IMG/VR virus record: IMGVR_UViG_3300028591_000085
Span: 64,001 to 128,000 of that record
From: a virus
Taxonomy: Duplodnaviria; Caudoviricetes
Length of the DNA stretch: 64,000 nucleotides
Strand: one strand, 5' to 3'
Below, in pieces: positions 60,401 to 64,000 of this stretch. Made by a program: the position numbers and the translations under genes. Positions within the stretch are counted from its first letter, which is position 1. Every line of letters begins with the position of its first letter. Below the pieces are notes generated by a model. The model worked only from the letters and a program-made list of their open reading frames with translations, had not been told where the DNA came from and did no database searches.

Positions 60401-60459
60401 TTTCTGAACAAGAAATTTTAGAAAACAGAAAAGCTGATATAATAAATTTTGGTGAATAA
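54454..60459 (+). CDS. Giant multi-domain receptor-binding/fibre protein (LamG/concanavalin-like)
   Basis: 2001 aa; repeated RIYN(K/R)AL..EI..NY, three WGREI-ending modules, two LIH..VPA..G..DL.T.FY modules. Confidence 0.75.
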   Translation: MSINSIYSKLSTLVETKRLLRQAIIDKGVPVKKDRDTFRDYVTKINNIVQESPHGKNAPYIDDSLVFCEDYSEIQASKLDLVSDSSILDMECPFTVELSFVLDSSVELTQSFETFIDFSFVRIGTQRVSDQQLYLMYGEHLPSDPSFWSYTMWLTDNSNPTSDCILPKDQVVTITCVRYSDHALIYKNGELIITSEESFTELFDTAFSIYRPFDTDAAGYHSVINTTINNVRIYNKALNENEIYYNYSIDLLNNGNTQYLNTNHIKSGLVYGINPILPLTGINSHDDISNYNNHFDNLSIPISLQNGFTIEWRGSISDIMSNDNEPYDYTGRLFTFKNSNGTDTFEVCATIDSEDTDIFDIGFKASDEYLIDSEDWLEVFSDTLPSIKFSSDFTLSITVSSTAVNVYINGVLEASSSTYQNEFTNANLWKILYLFTNSLESPLQGTDGFLYSLRIYNRVLNEYEINYNYKVDTRSDIKNPDPLYGKAILGELGNMTLNASGVIIPKAFDCSKPFEIVSCFKMKSDESENDKKFALFGSSDVSNYSAYPSIEIRPYTNKLWVGVSINPNNWTYTQEVDLSDIPIVYDNNVLNWIKMDYDGDKIYLSHSIDCLSWTRFHTITGIVPYNPVTNDYTLIFGAKLQNSDLTYTYKSDGETSFSFMNSWVKSCNKTIWGREIMGQELYTNNSTVLVPNGDVRYNAGSFIAYSNLDMSDDFEVVVCLAIDKTAMTSSQTYYLAGGITSSTSNFRIYATYYNIGYQIFYGTHTVAEDDVSWEDTVSNFIYNEGVQNFLKLKKRDGKVSFYHSLDAINWSLLNEVEIDSETFTNLQDDGIRFGNAGSDTSTALPMTDTSFINLHNSYVKVNGEIVWGREIREKAQVYAPEIKRETVLYQPNIDTYDPIGSYTPIDNLGEGNCVIPISDIGKYQNYLTFNKVYNSKLVIPVNPFAYDITNLSFTINFPSPRNNGWNSILGFNAKKMYVNVSDDDMLSENFIYLSLVTTDNVSDDDKSLRLSVGNVNEIIRTNNELVYKTTHDGSSNYNNSPSVAQIFFNKTEFPLSGWNSDKKIDFIFNNIHNTLTVMINNIEAVVLEFNNTIPYQFLPISATFGFFDDGRVNSPSTISMYMKDIVCKIEGSVVMIKPLTVTKNIKENGVYMATDDNADGYSSVTVNVPQRAAAAGGLTILNNALKLSSTIDSADPFEVVMCVRIDPDDIPTLPAYKWIASCFEGVRQAFYLQMYKKDGHIIVNTTFWWGTHTETEGNYYEIFLNTAEDVLNCDGEAWNYLKVVKTTDLKYQLWYSTDGTAYTLADETQLPNNMTNLYTFTPIIPAPSEIVSERRWDLQDICLPNCYFKYNGTVVWGREIGYENINTNEYALPKSDITILKSIKSTGNSVIPTNIIPDYDWSVFLDAKFENPHSTCDVDIVFGILRSDEHFLIAMQQGPGWASYTAISGYTAQSGDAYSIGDATSITRNLGIRQCCIMRRGTNKKCSFGDLSFEMTVKTTDSVPYKPITIMGTIDESTETLNPYDHYDATLYGIQIMDASDKLIHNFVPALSNISKRTGMYDLITETFYQSDKNFDDFEIEYINDESNNNYYDNIVAPVTFLKSVKSVGNSVVQTDIALDFDWEVHMSVMFSGTRKSTSPTYSFFGVGGSDPWFTAESVDGTSVAFYIGFDNNSNPAVTFNGIEPNTIIPIVARRNGDCICGIEYDSISDSVTGNPHSFGAAFFGVSTDSSTVLPFAYYDMTIYNVDIVDSTGSIIHKLVPAENNVGRGGLFDLVTNKFYPADNRYDDLIKEYGSNATRSPYNVYKILNPREYNQNGIVLSLFDFTNNEDYYTYTLPIASSEGFTFEINLSFTAFENRSGICTAKEQLLFDSRNGSNSDRYSIRIRYDSEGQYAIQNNKNSTFNTSTRYVSDNEVHTYTLMVCDNGDTKVYVDGELWDTINSTNIGALYREFYLFTSYDKANGWTFYPSYRTVNRLMIYNRALSEQEILENRKADIINFGE

Positions 60460-60476
60460 TTAAATGAATTTATAAA

Positions 60477-60514
60477 AAAAGAAGATGGTATTTATGTAAA
60501 TACCATCTTCTTTT
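60477..60514. terminator. Intrinsic terminator
   Basis: AAAAGAAGATGGTATTTA-TG-TAAATACCATCTTCTTTT. Confidence 0.85.
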
Positions 60515-60564
60515 ATAGAAAAACAAATGTATAAGTAATATATTATAAAGGAGTGATAGTTATC

Positions 60565-61191
60565 ATGGCTAGAACTGCATACATAGGTTCAACTATATTT
60601 GTCACAGATAAGAAATTCTTATTTTCATACATAGGGCAAAATGGTGATACTGCATTTGTTGTTAATCCAAATACAAAAAAAGTACTTGCTGAGTTTACTA
60701 AATATGATAGAGAATGGGTTTCTGTTAATACGGGTGATAGTTCAGGAACTGCATTAGACCTTGATGAACTTGAAAGTGTGGTTACTGCATTACAAAATAA
60801 TGTAGATGTAGTCATCTCCAATTTAAATAGTTTTAGAACTTCTATAAATCAAAAAATTGATAAAATTGAACAAGATATTGAATCTATTAATACCGATATG
60901 GAAAATTTAAATATCGATGAATTGTCTGAGACTAATAATCGAGTAGACACATTAACAACTAAAGTTAATGTAAATATATTAAATATTGCAGAACTGACAG
61001 AACAGTCTTCTGCGGCTAAGTCTGCCATTGAAAATATTCAAGATGAATATCTTAAAAATGTTGAAATTGACACAAACACAGGTCAGTTAGTATTTACTAA
61101 ACAAGATAATAATACAGTCTCTGTTGATTTAGCATCAGGTGGAGCGGGAACACTAACAACTGAAGATTTAAATCAAATGTGGGACTCATAA
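60565..61191 (+). CDS. Coiled-coil fibre-associated protein (start re-called)
   Basis: AAGGAG RBS before MARTAY; heptad region; late promoter at 60522. Confidence 0.6.
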   Translation: MARTAYIGSTIFVTDKKFLFSYIGQNGDTAFVVNPNTKKVLAEFTKYDREWVSVNTGDSSGTALDLDELESVVTALQNNVDVVISNLNSFRTSINQKIDKIEQDIESINTDMENLNIDELSETNNRVDTLTTKVNVNILNIAELTEQSSAAKSAIENIQDEYLKNVEIDTNTGQLVFTKQDNNTVSVDLASGGAGTLTTEDLNQMWDS

Positions 61192-61231
61192 ACGTACAAA
61201 AAAAACATATTGAGAAAGTGAGAGTGATTTT

Positions 61232-62092
61232 ATGTCTCAGATTAAATATTTAGATACTGCTGGAACTCAAACTCTTATTAATGAAATTAAGTCGAGATTA
61301 AGTACTAAGATTACTAGATATGCTACAATGCCGTCTGCTACTGTAAACGATGTTGGTGATATCGTACAGTATATTGGTACTACCAATTCTAATTTTACTA
61401 AAGGTGATTTTTATCTCGGTTCTACCGGAGCGTCTGTTGAAGTATCTACATATGTAGCTTCTTCTAATGGAATAACCGGTGCTCTTGAAGTTGTTGCAGC
61501 TGATGCTGATCCCTTTGACGAGGAAACTCAGATTAAAGTTGATACTGCTAAGCTCGTATCAGATCTTCCCGAGGTTCAGGTTGGAGACTATGTTAAACTT
61601 ACAACTACAACAGTACCTACATATAATTGGGTACAAGTATCTTACAGCAAGGATGAGATTAATGAACTTATTGGTAGAGCTGGTCACTTCGCCGCAGTTA
61701 ATAGCTTGCCTACTACCGATATTGCTACTAACATTATCTATCTCGTACCTAAGAAAAAAACAGTTTCGGGTTATACTGCGACTGACGGATCTTTTTATGT
61801 TCCTAGTGGCAATACTTATATCCATTATGATGCTACGGGTGCTGTTATTACAGGTACAGTAGATGATGAAGCAGTAGCTGCTGCTATTGAAGATGAGACC
61901 TATACTGCAGGTACTAAAGAAGTCCTTAATCCTCAGGATAATAATACTAAAGACGAATATATTAATATTGATGGTACTGTCAATGGTTGGGAAAAAATTG
62001 GCGAAACATTGATGGATCTTTCTAACTATGTTCAATTTGATGATTTAGTTGCAATTACATCAAATGAACTTGATGCTATGTGGGATGTATAA
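61232..62092 (+). CDS. Fibre/decoration protein carrying one copy of the sheath repeat module
   Basis: KYLDTAG, GDIVQYIG, LPT..IIYLVP..WEKIG; GALEVVA..DLPEVQVGDYV. Confidence 0.65.
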   Translation: MSQIKYLDTAGTQTLINEIKSRLSTKITRYATMPSATVNDVGDIVQYIGTTNSNFTKGDFYLGSTGASVEVSTYVASSNGITGALEVVAADADPFDEETQIKVDTAKLVSDLPEVQVGDYVKLTTTTVPTYNWVQVSYSKDEINELIGRAGHFAAVNSLPTTDIATNIIYLVPKKKTVSGYTATDGSFYVPSGNTYIHYDATGAVITGTVDDEAVAAAIEDETYTAGTKEVLNPQDNNTKDEYINIDGTVNGWEKIGETLMDLSNYVQFDDLVAITSNELDAMWDV

Positions 62093-62144
62093 AAAAAATC
62101 GACCCGTAGCATAAACACAGTAATACGAGCCGATTTCATTTTAA

Positions 62145-62192
62145 ATAAGACAGTGTGAAGCATCTAGCTTCACACTGTCTTATTATTTTTTT
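62145..62192. terminator. Bidirectional terminator
   Basis: ATAAGACAGTGTGAAGC-ATCTA-GCTTCACACTGTCTTAT. Confidence 0.85.
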
Positions 62193-62218
62193 AGTCGAAG
62201 TTGGGTGGAGGGATTGTC

Positions 62219-63016
62219 TCAGAATATCTTTTTGACTACTCTCTCCACCCAGCTTCTAAAGATTCTGTCGTCCTTATTCGGGTTAAACCCGTCTCCTATA
62301 CTGAAGGAGACTTCTACTGTCTCCCAGTATACCCTCAGACGGGTTACTAAATTCAGGAGCGTTTCGCTCCCGACTGCACCAATAAGGTGCAGTAGGAGAT
62401 GCTCCTGAGTATTTTTTCCGAGAGCAGGGTTCAAAACCGCTCTCGAAATTTTTGTACTGCCCCAAGAATTTGCCTGTACTGGGGATGAGTCATCCCCAAA
62501 AATTTTAACTATAGTCCCCCTCTGAGAGAGGACTAAATACCAAGACCGCTGCTGACCCCAGCGGTTCTCTCCCTTAGCCTCAATTATGAGGCTAGGGTCA
62601 TCACCCTCAGCTTCGGAGATGTCCCTGAAACTGAGGGTGATTTTGCTACCCTCTTTTTCATGAAGACAACTGAGTGGGCTTCTCAGTGTCTCGAAACCTT
62701 CTTCATGCCCCTTGGGGGCAAAGAGGGTTTCTGTTACGGAGGTGATGTAATTCATCACCTCCTCTAATGTTTCGGTGTCCTGGATGACGTGCTTCATCCA
62801 GGACGTTCCTGCGAATTTCTGGTATTTTGCAGGGTTATTAAGCCTCTGCAAAATACCAGAAGCTTCTGTTATCTTCTTCGTAAGCTGGTCGAGGGCAACC
62901 AGCTTACACTCAAACTCGATATCCTCAGATTTGCTACTGAGGTTACGAGTGGTTTCGACGATCTCGTCGTTGTTGTTAGCAGCGGTGGTGGTAGCGTTGG
63001 TATTAATGTTTTTCAT
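62219..63016 (-). CDS. GC-richer accessory hypothetical protein
   Basis: 265 aa, AAGGAGG RBS, own promoter and two structured leader motifs. Confidence 0.75.
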   Translation of the reverse strand: MKNINTNATTTAANNNDEIVETTRNLSSKSEDIEFECKLVALDQLTKKITEASGILQRLNNPAKYQKFAGTSWMKHVIQDTETLEEVMNYITSVTETLFAPKGHEEGFETLRSPLSCLHEKEGSKITLSFRDISEAEGDDPSLIIEAKGENRWGQQRSWYLVLSQRGTIVKIFGDDSSPVQANSWGSTKISRAVLNPALGKNTQEHLLLHLIGAVGSETLLNLVTRLRVYWETVEVSFSIGDGFNPNKDDRIFRSWVERVVKKIF

Positions 63017-63038
63017 AATCTTTAGCCCCTCCTTGGGC

Positions 63039-63100
63039 TTTACTTTGTTTTGTTGACAAGGGATAACAAAGACCTACCGAATTGCAGGTGAAAAACCCTT
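63039..63100 (-). ncRNA. Structured leader motif 2 (pseudoknot), copy E
   Basis: AAGGG-TTTTTCA-CCTGC(AATTCG)GTAGG-T-CTTTGTT-AT-CCCTT-GTCAACAA-AACAAAG. Confidence 0.7.
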
Positions 63101-63111
63101 TTAAATAAATT

Positions 63112-63210
63112 ATGTATATAATAAGTTCAGTACAGCGACGCCCTGTTTTTCCTCTTTTAGGAACATATAAATTATTCAGGTTGCTGTAATGAATATTATT
63201 CATATACACA
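63112..63210 (-). ncRNA. Divergent copy of leader motif 1
   Basis: TACAGC-AACCTG...TTCCT(AAAAG)AGGAA-AAA-CAGG-GCG-TC-GCTGTA. Confidence 0.5.
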
Positions 63211-63213
63211 TAA

Positions 63214-63293
63214 ATAATGTATATATTAAAAAAACCGAAATACGGATAAAAAAAGATTTTACGGTTTTTATACTAATTTAAACATTATATTAA
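63214..63293. promoter_or_regulatory. Back-to-back early (-) and late (+) promoters
   Basis: CGTA-N18-ATACATTAT on - (63214-63244); AACA-TTATAT-TAA on + (63281). Confidence 0.65.
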
Positions 63294-63318
63294 ATAATCC
63301 AGCATTTAAAGGAGATGG

Positions 63319-63915
63319 TTGAGAATGGAGTCAATGTTTCTTGATTTTTTAGAGAAACTCCTCCCTGGTTTAGGAACAGCTCTGTCTATTTTAATTATAT
63401 GCGGTGGTGCAATTATAATATGTTATAAAAAACTAAAAAAGAAAATTGAAGAGCATGATAGTAAAATTGTACAAACTGCTGAATCTAACACAAACGAAGA
63501 AGAATTTAAAAATGATATGAAAGAATTGGCTAAAACTGTACAAAGTATGGTAGAGCAATTGGACACACTGTCACATCAAGTTAATGATATTAAATCTAAT
63601 AGTGAAGCAATGGATACTTCAATAATAAAGAAAATTGAAAATTATGAGGAATCAAATAATCGTATTAATGTGAAAATTGATACAATTCATGATAATATGA
63701 ACATGCTTATCGATTCAGATAAAGAAAGTATTAGGAGTTTCATAACAATGCAATATTATGAAGCAGTAGATAAAGGCTACATAGAAATATATAAATTGGA
63801 AGCTCTTGAGTGTAGATATGAAAAATATTTAAAAGAAAATGGAGATTCGTTTATAGCAAAATTAGTTGAAGAACTTAGAACTTTACCACACCATTCTTCC
63901 AATAATAATTCTTAA
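63319..63915 (+). CDS. Membrane-anchored coiled-coil protein, possibly lysis/holin-like
   Basis: N-terminal TM helix, coiled coil, C-terminal YEKYLKENGDSFI. Confidence 0.5.
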   Translation: MRMESMFLDFLEKLLPGLGTALSILIICGGAIIICYKKLKKKIEEHDSKIVQTAESNTNEEEFKNDMKELAKTVQSMVEQLDTLSHQVNDIKSNSEAMDTSIIKKIENYEESNNRINVKIDTIHDNMNMLIDSDKESIRSFITMQYYEAVDKGYIEIYKLEALECRYEKYLKENGDSFIAKLVEELRTLPHHSSNNNS

Positions 63916-64000
63916 TAGTAATATGATGGAAGGACGTGACAATCATATAACTATTGAAATGTACATATTGAATAAAAAATAACGAAACGATGTTTGTTTG

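Noticed and set aside
54454-60459. Diversity-generating retroelement targeting the fibre
   Set aside because: No reverse transcriptase and no TR/VR pair differing only at adenines seen in this window
63003-63209. 68-aa ORF upstream of the 62219 gene
   Set aside because: No RBS, and it starts at the predicted TSS; the region is better explained as a structured leader
1-64000. tRNA/rRNA genes, integrase or transposase, chimallin, stop-codon reassignment
   Set aside because: None recognised by eye, and long ORFs are intact under the standard code; tRNAscan and HMM searches would be needed to exclude divergent cases

Overview
AT-rich segment of a jumbo myophage of the phiKZ/AR9(PBS1)-related type. 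The host is probably an anaerobic Firmicute (strong AGGAGG RBSs, class III RNR). The window carries the core virion module: major capsid, portal, large terminase plus an apparently inactive paralog, tail sheath, tail tube, a baseplate-like protein, head-internal proteins and YadA/LamG fibres. It also encodes a tubulin/FtsZ-family protein, a GyrB/GyrA-type topoisomerase II, a split RNA polymerase beta' C-terminal subunit, a DEDDh exonuclease and an nrdH-nrdD(intein)-nrdG cluster. Two promoter classes can be read from the sequence: AACA-N6-TAA (the AR9 late consensus) before structural genes, and CGTA-N18-ATAYAYTAT before small, mostly antisense, accessory units. The most unusual observations are: (1) a ~50-aa module nested inside itself up to four levels deep in the tail sheath and also present in a baseplate and a fibre gene; (2) two families of covarying structured 5'-leader RNAs, a branched hairpin and a U/A-rich pseudoknot, ahead of unrelated accessory genes; (3) a stand-alone 13-codon micropeptide unit; (4) a GC-rich swapped module inside the giant fibre gene. 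All assignments come from reading motifs by eye; no database searches were run.
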